From Yuukianura sp. NJ FZ-2021 (lineage: Eukaryota), in contig CM102289.1 in assembly GCA_046563655.1 (NCBI GenBank), positions 6,696,001-6,760,000 of the forward strand: DNA of 64,000 nucleotides, read 5' to 3'. The notes under the pieces were generated by a model that was not told the DNA's origin, did not search any database, and saw only the letters and a list, made by a program, of their open reading frames with translations. Each line of letters starts with the position of its first letter. Positions within the stretch are counted from its first letter, which is position 1. Shown here piece after piece: positions 26,538-38,351 of the stretch. The translations under genes were made by a program, and so were the position numbers.

Positions 26538-27786
26538 CTAATCAAAACATCGATTTTGTTTGAATAGCCCAGATTGACTAGCAAGAAGAATTACTTTATG
26601 TGCTAGGAAATACTGTTCAGGTTTTTCAACCATAGAAATTCTTTGTTTCCGTAGAAGGCACAACGTCCCAAGGAAGTCGACGACGCCGTCATCTTCCGCC
26701 ATGTCGTACACTATGTCAGCCAATAGAAAACTACCAGTTCGGCCAACACCAGCCTGCAAGATTTTTTGAAATTAAGAAACCGGGAATCTTGTAATTCTGA
26801 AATGTTTTCAAAACCTTACACTGCAGTGTACAAGCAATGGGTATGCTGCTGAAAACGTATCAGAAAGTTTGTACATTTGAATCAAACGAAGAATTGATCC
26901 AGGATTTTCTGGAACACCTAAATCAGGCCAATCGGTGTAATGGTAATGCACAAGAGGACGAATTACAGTTCCCTATAAATCAGGACCAAAATAAAAATAA
27001 ATTTTTATCTAAATTTTTGAATTCTGAGCTACAAATGTTGAATTTTGACTTTACCTTCTTTATTGAATAAATCCTACGCACGATGTCGCCATGATAGGAC
27101 GTCCGTTCTAAGGTCACTTCAATTTCTCCAAAGGTCATTGACTCCGCAGGGTAATACGCTATGCACTTGTTCTGAAATTTTGAAATCAAAATTTTGAAAA
27201 CATCGTCATTGTCAGTTTTCTAACTTCTAACCTGTTCGACGTCATTGTTGCTGGCCAGCATCACAATTTGAATCACATTCGTGTCCCAAATCTAAAACTC
27301 AAAAAAACACTATGGGAATTTTCATTTTGGGCATGGCGCATGCGCAGTAGTTTTTTGCGCATTATTCGATCTAACCATTCTGTAGAAATCGATGAGTGTC
27401 GTATGAAGTGGTGCCTGGGTGACGATGTAGCGTCTTTTGCCCTTGTAGCCATCGATCCAGTTGGCATTGATGTAGTCCGATTCACTTTCACCCGGCATTC
27501 TAGACAGGATTACTCGAGTCTGCATAACATCAATTTCAAAATTTCAGAAGTTTTAGAAACAAAAAATTCAAAAAATAAACTTCTTTTTCCAAACCTCATC
27601 GTATGCACCCAAATTGATTCCGGAATACCGATGTTTGACAATATTTTCAGGCAGTTGAGCTGCAGTCATGGACTTGACCTGCGCATCACAACGTCCTTGA
27701 CCATTGAATTCCGCTTCCCAAGAACCAGATTCTTCTAATCCATTCACATATTCTTCCAAATTGGATAATGAAATTGTATTGCTCAT
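26538..27786 (-). CDS. Single-domain non-receptor protein tyrosine phosphatase, 6 exons
   Basis: KHRY, DYINANWIDGY, YIVTQAPL, IVML, KCIAYYP, YTDWPDLGVP, VHCS|AGVGRTG and EQY motifs in order. Confidence 0.9.
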
Positions 27787-28359
27787 TTTCTAATTCAGAT
27801 TCAGAAATTTCACAAATTCAAAGATTTAACTTTTTCTAAAAATAGTTTACTCAAGTACAACAGCAACAAAAGTCAGCTGATCCGCTAATTTGAATTGATG
27901 GATTGAACTAATCCGTTCTGGTGCTACTTGTACTTACCAAAAACAAACTATAAAGCTCAAACTTTTTATAAAAACTGAGGGAGGTTGCTTTAAGGACGGA
28001 GAATGAAACCGTGTCAAGAAATAGCGTCGAGTGGAACAAAAAGCGGAAGGTCAAAGAAACTTTATCTCTATGCAGCATAATGTAAATGTAACACTGTTCA
28101 AATCACAAAAACTTTCGAACTTGAACTTTTGAAAATTTAACAATCGATACTTACTTGAATATAAGTATAGTTGTATTTTGTATATTGTCACAGAGAGCGG
28201 TGAATTTTTTAAAGAGACTACATTTTCCAAGCAACTTTTTATTTAAATCCGGAGAAATATTGCTCTTACAAATAATGCATTTCTATGCATAATTTTTAAT
28301 TATCTGAAACCAAAAATGCTGTAAAGTTTGCAGTCCCTTGCTAAAAGTACTTTATTGAT

Positions 28360-29274
28360 TTAATTGTTGGTTTCATTGCTGGTACTGGTATTGTTATTGA
28401 CTGGAACAGCAATTTCCCAGAGTCCAGCAAGCCGTTCCCTACAAATCAATAGAAAATGGAAGTAAAATCAATCACGAATAATTTATGTTTCGAAGATTAG
28501 GTAAAGTAGTACAAAAAAGTGTAAAAAAAAGTTTAGTGCAGTTAAAATGTTAACTTTTAGCGGCAAGGTGCAGTGGAATAATAAATTAACTTAAGTATTT
28601 AGAGTCTTTTCGTTGCTGATGTAAATCTAATTCTCTTGCTAAAATTTGGTTGACCGAATGCATGCACTTGATGGAAAGCATAAATTTAGTAACACATTTG
28701 GCAAGTTTAACGTACATCATGACTTTCCGTGTTTCGTCTGCCCAAACGTTCCATTCTTTGGCTTTTTGTGATTTCCATCGATTGACAACTCCGAAATCGG
28801 GCAGTGGAAAATCTTGTGGCAAGGTCAGAATCGGTTTGCAAACTTTGTTGCATCCTAAGAAAAACATTTCAAAGGATTTGATGGAGATGATGTGTTATTG
28901 TAAAGCTTTTTTTTAGTTAAACCTGTTAGGTTAGCAACAAATTCTTACCTTCTCGACAACATTTTTGACCTTCCGGGCATTTTGCATCGGTGAGGCAATT
29001 CAAATTTTCGTCAAAAGTACAATTTCCAGTGAGACTTATGGCCGGTGGACACATTCCAGCTTTTTTGAGCAGACTCGGCATGTCCTGTTTCGGCCTCCGA
29101 ATGTTAGCGATTCTTGCATCTTTTTAAAAATAATTCAAACAAGATCTTTAATACAATAAGTTATTTACTTAGTTATTTAATTATATAATTAATGCATTGA
29201 GTTTTTTGTGTGATGCAATTACAAGTAATGGCCACAAGAGCCAGTAGAAATAGAGCTCCATAAAATCTTTTCAT
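28360..29274 (-). CDS. Secreted single WAP (four-disulfide core) domain protein, waprin/crustin-like, 4 exons
   Basis: Signal peptide MKRFYGALFLLALVAITYA, then KAGMCPPAISLTGNCTFDENLNCLTDAKCPEGQKCCREGCNKVCKP (8 Cys). The phase of the last exon is less certain. Confidence 0.8.
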
Positions 29275-29629
29275 CTCGGAATTTTTTTTTGCAATCTCAG
29301 AAGTTAAAATTTTCAACAGAGTCGGTTATTTGAGTGATCACTGAACAGAAACTGAGCAATAGAAAGTTGAGATCTACTTATGCCTTTTTCAAAAAAAAAT
29401 TGAAACTGTTCATGAAAAACTGCTTGTCTGTGAAAAATTTATCTCAAATTGTGTTCTTGCAGCAGTTTGCAACAATTTTGCAAAAACCATATAAGATCAT
29501 TTTATGTCGAAATTTAGAAATTTCTCATTTCATATAAAAGTTTCTTTTAATAAGGTTGCAACTGGTGCACTTTTTGGACAAAGTTATCTCGTTGCTGAGG
29601 CAGGGGTCAGAGGTCAAATGTCCTTAGAA

Positions 29630-30226
29630 TCAAGCGCACTTCCACACAAGTACTCCGAGGTTTCCACCAAAGAAGAGGTAGAGCAAGTGGTGGGCCAAAT
29701 AGGTCACATCAAATGCAAAATGTTCACCAATTATTACGTGCCATCCATAACCATACAGCCTGTCCATCCTCTCCTTCACTTGCCTCGAACAAATCTGCAC
29801 AAACGAGGTCAATGACATTTCAAAAAGTTTCAAAATTCAAAATATCGTTTTTCATTTAAACAACTTGATCCAACAAAGCAATGTCATTGACATTTCCAAA
29901 ATGTTAAAGTACTATCAGTAACAAATTGTCACACTGTATTTACCGTAACGTCTGGAATGTATCTCTCAAGCATTCCTGTGACGAGGTCAATTATATCCTG
30001 TTTCGTATCTTCTGGAATATCCGCCATCTAACAAAAACTAATGCTATAGTTTATGATAATTACTTTCAAAAATTAAATATACCATGATTTATAAAATATA
30101 ACAGAATAAATAAGGACAGTGAACAATGTATACCCGTATTAAAGCGTAAGTTGGAACATTTGATTTTTTCTCTCGCTCCAAATCACCAGCGTTAGAGGTA
30201 GCGTGTTCCAGTGATCTCTTGTCCAT
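29630..30226 (-). CDS. DNAL4: Dynein axonemal light chain 4, 3 exons
   Basis: TYALIRMADIPEDTKQDIIDLV...VKERMDRLYGYGWHVIIGEHFAFDVTY...LLYLFFGGNLGVLVWKCA. Confidence 0.88.
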
Positions 30227-30749
30227 GTTTGTTAATTAAATAGTGTAATAATGTTATTATAATATTAACTAAGAGTATGGTTTGATTAGTTAATTGTTCA
30301 TAACTTCGTCAAAATGAACTCAAGTATAATCTATAAGAAGTGGTATCCATTGTTAAATCAATAGGTTTTGTGAATCGATTGCCTGCTTCGTACCCATTAT
30401 AAAAAAAATCAATTTTTGAGTAATCCCAAACGCTTTTGGATTTTTTTCATATTGTACAGAATTAGTTTTAATTCAAAACTAAATTAAACAAAAGCAAAAA
30501 CTATCATGCTAATTACTTCCTTTTGAGTAAACACAAACCAAGAACCGTATCATGTAGAATGTCCTGCAACCACGCGCTTAAAAGCGCAGTCTAATTATTA
30601 GTACTTTAGTGTAATTAGTTTTAATGTAGCTTTAAATTTAGAAAAAAATAATTTGGGAGAGCAATTTATTAAACTTTGGTTTAAACGTGTAGTTCAAAGA
30701 AACAGAGCTTGGTGGTGATCTGCGGAATTACAAACTCAATAGAGCAAAA

Positions 30750-31421
30750 ATGTCAATTTCCATTTACTTTCTCGTAGTTTTTCTCAACATTTTCACGCTA
30801 CTCGAAGGAAAAAGTTAGATTCCAAATGAAATCAAAAGCAAATTTTATAGTTTTGATTTTGATTTTGTCTTCTTTTTTTTTATACAGAAGTTGCACCCAC
30901 AAGTGTCCGAATTCCAAAAGTGTTGAAGCGGACAGGTCGTGCCGTACCAGTCGCTGCCGAAATTATTGTTCTTTACAAAAATCCAAATTTTCAAGGTTTA
31001 GAATTTTAAACCAAGGTTAACAATTGCTCAAATTTTTATGTTTCATAAAAAATTTATTTCTGCTTTGAGGTGAGCAATATCAGTTCATTGTTCCATATGG
31101 AAATCACTGTGTTGACCTTCCTCCTCAATGGAATGACATTGCAGTTTCCATTGACCCTGGACCAGCAGCTTGCGTAATTTTTTTTTAACTTCAATACAAG
31201 TGGCTTGAAAAATCTTATTTTTACTTCAACAAGTTAACTCTTAATTAGGTTATAATAATTGTGGTAAGTCTTAATTGTTTTTTTTTTGTATGTAGATAAT
31301 TGTGTTTGCAAATCAACAATGTTCTGGAAAAGGCGTCCGTCTCCAAAAATTTACTTTTGGATCCATGAATTTAAGCGATGTTGGTTTAGCGAAAATGGTC
31401 AGCTCTGCACGACTATGTTAA
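30750..31421 (+). CDS. Secreted single-domain beta/gamma-crystallin-like protein, 4 exons
   Basis: Spliced: signal peptide plus basic pro-segment, then IVLYKNPNFQG...HCVDLPPQWNDIAVSIDPGPAACIIVFANQQCSGKG...NLSDVGLAKMVSSARLC. Intron phases are consistent. Not in the ORF track. Confidence 0.75.
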
Positions 31422-31513
31422 TAAAGCATACCATAAAGCATATAAAGCAATTGTTAAACTTTTAATTGAAAAAGTTGCTTTAATAAAAATTCAAATTTTG
31501 AAAAGTGCGGTGT

Positions 31514-32267
31514 CTATCCAGAGGCTCTTCTTTTAATCGTAACTCGTCGAGTGTTCCGTGAACATCCTTTGGCGACAGATGCAATTGAACCAATTGGAAT
31601 TGGTGGATCAAATTCAGAAAATTGTGGAATCAGTGCCGGAGCAAAGACGTCAGACGGCTCTGGAACGAGGCACAGCGCACGTCCACGGTAAAACGGTTGG
31701 TCAAAAATCGTCCAAGGTTGGTTGCCAGTAATTATCAAGGAGCGCTGATTTCCAAAACTGTTTAGGTTTGGACTCTCTGATGTCACGTATTCCGATTGAC
31801 CTTGGAAATCTCTCGAAGCAAAAATGGTCATTGACGGGGCACGAAAATCTTGCCGATTTCCGATTGACCTTAGAGAGGTCACGTGGCCAGCGAGGATTCT
31901 TAGATTGACGCATCTTGCAGTAGGCTCGAAAAGATACTCCATTGGAGCAATTCCTTCATTGAAATTTTTTAATTCATAAAAAATCCATCTAAAAATTGAA
32001 AAAAAAAACATTGATGTAATGTGCCGAATTTGTCAAAACTTGAAAAACTTTTGATACTTACGGTCCCACTATGAAAACCGATCGTGCGAGGTCATCGAAC
32101 CGATAGGCTGAGAGGTCAGCGACGCTTGACCCTGTAGGAAAGTGAATGTATTCTCCACTACAACCTTCTGCTGAGAACAGTGACACTTTGGGTTCAAAGT
32201 TGGCAGCAGTCAAGGTCACCTTAATTGCAAAACACAACGCTACGAGAACTAAAATTTTGGAGTCCAT
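31514..32267 (-). CDS. Secreted two-domain beta/gamma-crystallin-like protein, 2 exons
   Basis: Signal peptide and four Greek-key-like motifs: LFSAEGCSG..FDDLARSV, WIFYELKNFN..VTSLR, IFASRDFQG..RSL and WTIFDQPFYRG..IASV. Confidence 0.8.
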
Positions 32268-33247
32268 TGTAGTTTAAGTTTTAATTGAGTTTCCCTCGTT
32301 ATATCCCAGAAAATGAAAAATTTACAGACACTTTGGTCGTAAATTGAAAACTAAACTGCCAGCAATTACTCGAAAATTTGAGTCGTTTCCAGAATTTAAT
32401 CTCTCAGGAAATGAAATGGCACGTTTTTATTTATTGTTCCGAAATATCATCGTCAGAGTTCCATAAAGTCTGTTCCGGGAACTGAAATTTAAATTTATTA
32501 TCCTTTAATCTTATTTTATGAGTCAATGTTTGCTGAATTTTGGTACAAGGGGAAAAAATGTTAACTTCAAAGCGTTTAAAGCCGAAAGCATAAGGTGTTT
32601 TTCTATTTGGGTATTCGACAGATTTTCCTTGAAATATCAATCATTCAGGAATAATTTGTAATACTTATTTTGAAATTAGCAAACCTCAGATATTTTTTCA
32701 GCAAACATACCTTTTGAAAAAGGCTATAAAGCATGAAAATGAAAATTGCAACCCAACTTTTGATTTTCACTTTGAATTTTTTAGTTAATTACTACGACCT
32801 TGACAAAAATAGTTTAAAATTTTAGCAAATCCGCATGTCGAGTCGAGCGTTACCGAAAACTAACGTCATCAACTACACTGTTATCAATTAATGAAAATTG
32901 TTCTCGGAAAACTGCAAAACGTGTTTTGTTGATATTTTTTTCGCATTTTGAAATTATGTTTTCCACAACACCAGCAAAATCTATGCTAGGAAAATTTTTG
33001 TAACCACTTGACTCTCAAAAGTTTGAAGGTCGCTATTCAAAACTTCATTGTTTCATCAGAATTCGGATTGATCTGTAGATTACGACAGATAAACTTTTAA
33101 TATAGTGATACTAACTATGAAAGTAGTTTTCTCAGTAAACGTTTGTTCATTAGTTGCTGGTTGGTATTGGATAAAAACTCAAATTTTTTCGTACAACAGA
33201 TCAGATTCCTATATTTCACAAATCATCGGCTCGAGAAAGTTTTGAAA

Positions 33248-33577
33248 ATGGCATTCAAGTTGACATCTTTGGTTCTCATTGCATTTCTGGCCGTTTGCGT
33301 ATTCGGCATTTCAGGAGAAATTGAAATAAATACTTTTTGCAAGGATATCCCACGACAAGGACCGGTCATCAACGACACGACGCTTGTTCAAGGCGGACCC
33401 TGCAACATCACTAACGAATCTGTTTGCTACAATCAGATCAGTCCACAACCCAAACCTTTCGACCATCGCTACTTCTTCCGCTGCATTTCCATCAACAAAA
33501 CTTGGGCAACCTACGCATGTCCAAAGCACCAAACTTGTTCACAGGTCGTCAACATGTGGGGATGTCCCTGTAAGTAG
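33248..33577 (+). CDS. Small secreted 8-Cys protein (family copy 1), intronless
   Basis: Signal peptide MAFKLTSLVLIAFLAVCVFGISG followed by a mature region with 8 Cys ending CPCK. Paralogues at 36059 and 37644. Confidence 0.85.
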   Translation: MAFKLTSLVLIAFLAVCVFGISGEIEINTFCKDIPRQGPVINDTTLVQGGPCNITNESVCYNQISPQPKPFDHRYFFRCISINKTWATYACPKHQTCSQVVNMWGCPCK

Positions 33578-34036
33578 ATCCAGGCCAACAAAGCCATTGA
33601 CTCGTAACTTAATTTCATGAAATCAATACAAAAAGATAATGAAATTATGTTTACTGTAATATACATTTTGGGAATTATGTATTGAAGCAATTACTGCGTT
33701 TGTTAAATTGCTTCAGTTGATACTAAAACTGATTAAAGCTTGGGAATAAACTTACTGCCTCGAAATTAATTCCGGTTCTGTGAAGTTAATTTTGAAGACT
33801 TTTGAAAAAAAAGTAATTCGAACTACCGAAATAAAATGTTGCCTTAATTGGAATTGCCTTAATTACGATTAAACTTGATCAGATTCGAATTTGATAAGAT
33901 TCAATGGGCTTTTGACACGAGTCCCATAAAAATGAAATCGTGAAGGCGCTTCTTTTAACATCAAGATCTTGGAATTTGTGATCAGTCTGGAATTGGATTT
34001 GGAATCAACCAGAACCTTCAAAAACAACCAACAACA

Positions 34037-35474
34037 ATGCTGACTCAGAAGGAACTGGACTTGGTTCAAGGTTTCGCGCGCGAAGTTTCCAATGGTTACT
34101 GGTATCCATTTGATTGGAGAAAAGGAGCTCTGTATCCGACCAAATCCAAAACTAAAATGGTCTTGGTCATTTTGAGTTGTATTTTCTCTACGGCGCAGAT
34201 GATTTACGTTGCTCTGCGTATGTCACCTAAATTCGGTGGCGGTTTGACCTTGACCTCTATGCCGTTTCATGGATTTGCGTTCATCATTCACATCCTGTAC
34301 TTTTGTTTCCACATTCACATGTTCCTTTACACAAAAGAAGTGTGTGAATTTCTGAACCAGTTGACCATTTTCAACGCCGAAACGGGTAAGATCCGTGTCA
34401 ATAATTTTAGTGCTGAAGGAATGCTTGTAGACCAAATTTGATTAAGTTTGAAATTGAAAAAATTACAAGTGTAAAATTATAGTTAGGATTAAGCAAAAAG
34501 TGTGGACACTAGAAACTGTCAATGGAAATTCTTCGTTTTTATCTGACGTCCTATTTTTTCTTAATTTAGGAAGAATTCGATTAGGAATGAAAATTTTACC
34601 GCCAAATACGCGTGAGAAAGTTGTTTTATTTCTTCGCCGTTGGATCAATGGAGCTGCACTATCAATTCTGGCAATTTATATTTTCCAACCAACAAATGTG
34701 TACTTTTTGTACTCATTAGTTCCAAATTGCTACCAAAGTTTACCGCTTCAATTCGTATTTTTTCCAATCGAAGCGTTCCTTGTTGCGTACAAAGTGATGA
34801 TTTTCCATCTTTTTGCAATTTTTCTCGGATTCTTTTACGTCGTGACCACAAATTTTTGGATACAAAAAGTCTGGTAAGCAAAACAATCAAAAAGGAAGTT
34901 AGCAAAACTCCATTCATACCAACTTTGTCAATCTTCTTTGTTGTTTGTTTTAAGTGTTGAGTGGTCTTCTGGGCCCGAGTTTGATGAAAACTTGACTCAA
35001 AACCTTATGATCTACCGAACGCTGACATTGTTGAACACTCTGTACAATTCAGCGTTTGCATCTTTCATAGTTCCAGTGTTCAAAGCTTTAATTGAAATGG
35101 CAATTGTTGTTTGTACTTACGGTTGTATTAGACTTGCCAACAAAATTCCATTCCAAGTGTACATGATGCTGCCAGGGCTAGCGTCTTTTCTGTTAGTAGA
35201 ACACACTTTTGCAGTTGACAGAATGGCGTCGGTCCATTTCATCTCAAAGGAACTAAGAAACAACTACAGACATAACTACCGAGCACTGCCACAATCTGGA
35301 GATGTGACAAAGCTGGAACATTATGTGGACAGATACCTGCTATCGTGTCGCCCTCTAAGATGTCAGCTGACTCCAGTCCTATTTGTCGAAAAGTCAACTA
35401 GGTTGGTTCTATTGAGCATGCTCGTAAATTTCGTTGTGACTTTGCTCTTGAGCGACAACAGATTGTCAAGATGA
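34037..35474 (+). CDS. Multi-pass (~7TM) gustatory/odorant-receptor-like chemoreceptor, 3 exons, ~390 aa
   Basis: Three hydrophobic ORFs join in phase at GT-AG introns. The C-terminus 'LLSCRPLRCQLTPVLFVEKSTRLVLLSMLVNFVVTLLLS' resembles the TM7 region of the arthropod chemoreceptor superfamily. Confidence 0.7.
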
Positions 35475-36058
35475 ACAACATTTTAACAATGTTCGTAGTA
35501 ATTTATTGCTTGAACGTTGAAATAAACGTATAGTGTAAAATCATGTAATGTTTTAAAAGGATTATTTGTTGATAATGTACAATGTTGTGCTAAAAGTGTT
35601 TTTCTGTTATGGATATATGGCATTTGATCGATTTTCTGTACGCGTAACAGTTCACAATGACATCAAACGTAGACATTATCAACCGCAAGAACGTGCGACC
35701 AGGCTGTACCTACCTTCAATAGATCACTTACGACTAAACAGTTACACTATATTTTTCGATGCATTGACTAAAAATCATCGCCGTGGGCAGGAACAATCAT
35801 ATTTTAAGGAAAATTACAGCACGTGACATACATATACGCATGTACATTATTATGTGTTATAGATATTAGAAGGTTATGAACTAGCGGCACCCATCACTGA
35901 CATCATGGCAGGACTGACGTCACCTAACGCCTTTGCTGATTGCTCTATTAGACGTAAAACACCCAACAATAAGTGATTAGCCCACTGAACTAACTCTCTG
36001 CTGTCCTCCAATACCACCATAATATTTCACAGACCTTCGATTCCAGAAAGGTTTGAAA

Positions 36059-36370
36059 ATGGTATTCAAGTTACCAATTTTGGTTTTTGTTACATTTTTG
36101 GCATTTTACGTAACTGAAATTCAATCACGACTTTGCAACGATAACCCAAGACAAGGACCGGTCGTGGACGATCCAAATGTTTTTGAAGGTGGGCCATGTG
36201 ACTGGATCGGTCAAACTATTTGCTACCACCAAGTGGATCCAAAACCCGCCACTTACGACAAGCGCTACTTCTACCGCTGCCTTTTCAACAGAACTTGGGG
36301 AACCTTCAGATGCCCGTTGTGGCTAACTTGTTCACAGTCTCGGAACATGTTCGGCTGTGCCTGTAAGTAA
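36059..36370 (+). CDS. Small secreted 8-Cys protein (family copy 2)
   Basis: MVFKLP... signal peptide. RQGPV, GGPC, CYxQ, RYFYRC, TW and CACK are conserved with copy 1. Confidence 0.85.
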   Translation: MVFKLPILVFVTFLAFYVTEIQSRLCNDNPRQGPVVDDPNVFEGGPCDWIGQTICYHQVDPKPATYDKRYFYRCLFNRTWGTFRCPLWLTCSQSRNMFGCACK

Positions 36371-36719
36371 GGTCAATCCAAAAACAAACTTAAGTCATTG
36401 ACTTTTAAGTTAAATTCATTCAATGTATCGACATAAGTAATAAATCATTTTTATTTGGTAAGTTGGTAAATATAACCACAAAAATTGACAGACAGCTACC
36501 AGCATCTTCACCGTACACTATATTTGTGATGTAAAAGTTGGGTAGATATTCATTTTTTATGCAGTTTCAGATTCAGTACTCAGATTTGTAAAACTGTTCA
36601 ACTTTATTGTTGGAGCTTAAAAAAAATCGAAGCATTCACGTAGGATTTTTACAAAACGTGACTAAACAATCCTAACTTTTCAAACACGGCAAAAGCTTTC
36701 TCATATGTTTGTTTGAAAG

Positions 36720-37118
36720 TTATTTTTGTTTGATTTCACTGTCGGAAGCCCACACGGCTTTATTGTTATTGTCGTAGATGACTAAATTTCCATCATCTTG
36801 AAAAACCATGCGCCTACCTGATCCGTTTGTTCCAGTTGCGAAAGCTACTCCGTCATTTTTATCGTAAATCACAAAGTTTCCGTCACCCTGGAACTGGGCT
36901 CGGTGACCTCGACCTTGCGTGTGAGAAGCCCAGAAGACCTTCCGTGCGTTGTCGTAAATGACCAGGTTTCCGTCATCTTGGAAAATCAAATTTCCCGCGT
37001 CAATTAGGCATTCGTCGCCCTTAGTAAGGTTATGATTCCTTTTGAAGTTGCATTCGGAATGGACAAAAACAGTAGCAATGGCAAGAACCAAACCAATTGA
37101 ACCGACCAGTCGCATCAT
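36720..37118 (-). CDS. Secreted bulb-type (GNA/B-type) mannose-binding lectin
   Basis: Signal peptide plus three QxDxNxVxY sites (QDDGNLVIY, QGDGNFVIY, QDDGNLVIY) and WAS motifs. Confidence 0.92.
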   Translation of the reverse strand: MMRLVGSIGLVLAIATVFVHSECNFKRNHNLTKGDECLIDAGNLIFQDDGNLVIYDNARKVFWASHTQGRGHRAQFQGDGNFVIYDKNDGVAFATGTNGSGRRMVFQDDGNLVIYDNNNKAVWASDSEIKQK

Positions 37119-37643
37119 CTAGAAAAAAGAAAACATATTTAAGGAAAGAAGTTAATCTTCCTTTATTTTAAAGTCAATTTTGGACTAACTTTATACTGTG
37201 TTGGTTGTACAGACGTGGTAGTAATGAAACAGAAAGTTGTTTTGAACTAATTTTGGGATTTCATAATTCGCCCGTTTTTTATGGATATAAGAAAGTTAAC
37301 AACTAGCGGCACCCATCACTGACAACAAGAAAAGCCAGGGCCAACGTCACCCAACGTCTTTGATGAAAGAAGGTTAAAAACTAAGGTCACCCAACACTTA
37401 CGTCATGCCATACCTCTGTTGATTCCTTAATTAGACATGGAAGGAACCAGCAATAACAATAAGTGATTAAACCACTGAACTTGGCTTCTTCTTCTGTATG
37501 ACAGGGAATTCAGATGTGAACATACCCGGGTCAAAAAGTGTTTACCGGTAAAATAAGATCTCGGAAATGTAGAACTGCATGTGATGCATGGAGAACTGCA
37601 TGGGGATGTACACAAAAGTTGTGGTCTCGATGAGATGAACACT

Positions 37644-37920
37644 TTGCGTATCCATTTCGGCTGAAGTTGAACAAGTTTATTTTTGTAACGATACTCCAAG
37701 AGAAGGACCGGTCATCAACGATCCAGATCTTGTTGAAGGTGGAGCTTGTAGCAAGGTTGGTGAAACTGTTTGCTACAATCAAATAACTCCAACACCCGCC
37801 AGTTACGACAATCGCCACTTCTTCCGCTGCCTTTTCAACAAAACTTGGGGAACCTACAAATGCCCAATGTTCAACGCTTGTTCACAGTCTAAGAACATTT
37901 TCAGCTGCCCCTGTAAGTAA
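37644..37920 (+). pseudogene. 8-Cys secreted family copy 3, 5'-truncated
   Basis: Intact mature frame (FCNDTPREGPVINDPDLVEGGACSKVGETVCYNQ...FSCPCK*), but there is an in-frame TGA just upstream and no ATG or signal peptide. Confidence 0.75.
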
Positions 37921-38351
37921 CATCCACCTAACTAAAAACTTAAAGTAATGAAATCAATGAAGAAAATAATAAAGTTTTGATTTACTAAAACATAAGGAAA
38001 TTATTGGGCAATTACTGCATGTGGTAAATTATTTCATTCATTAAGGTCGCTTGATGTTGCTTTACGTAAAAAACTGAATTGCCTGCAGTCTTGCAATAAA
38101 ATAAAAGTATCGGAACTACACAATGAACTTTTGTTCATTGCAAAGATGTTCATTTTGCGAAGATGATTAACATTTTAAGACTGTTTTTTCGTAGTAATTT
38201 ATTACTGGAATGATGAAATAAACTAATACTGTAGAATCATGATGCTATAGAATCAATGTTAGTAGATCAAAGTACAGTTGTGCTAAGAGTATCAACGGCA
38301 AATCGGTAAATTTGTTCGAAACCGGAATTGGTCTGGCCGGTACCTGTGTGT

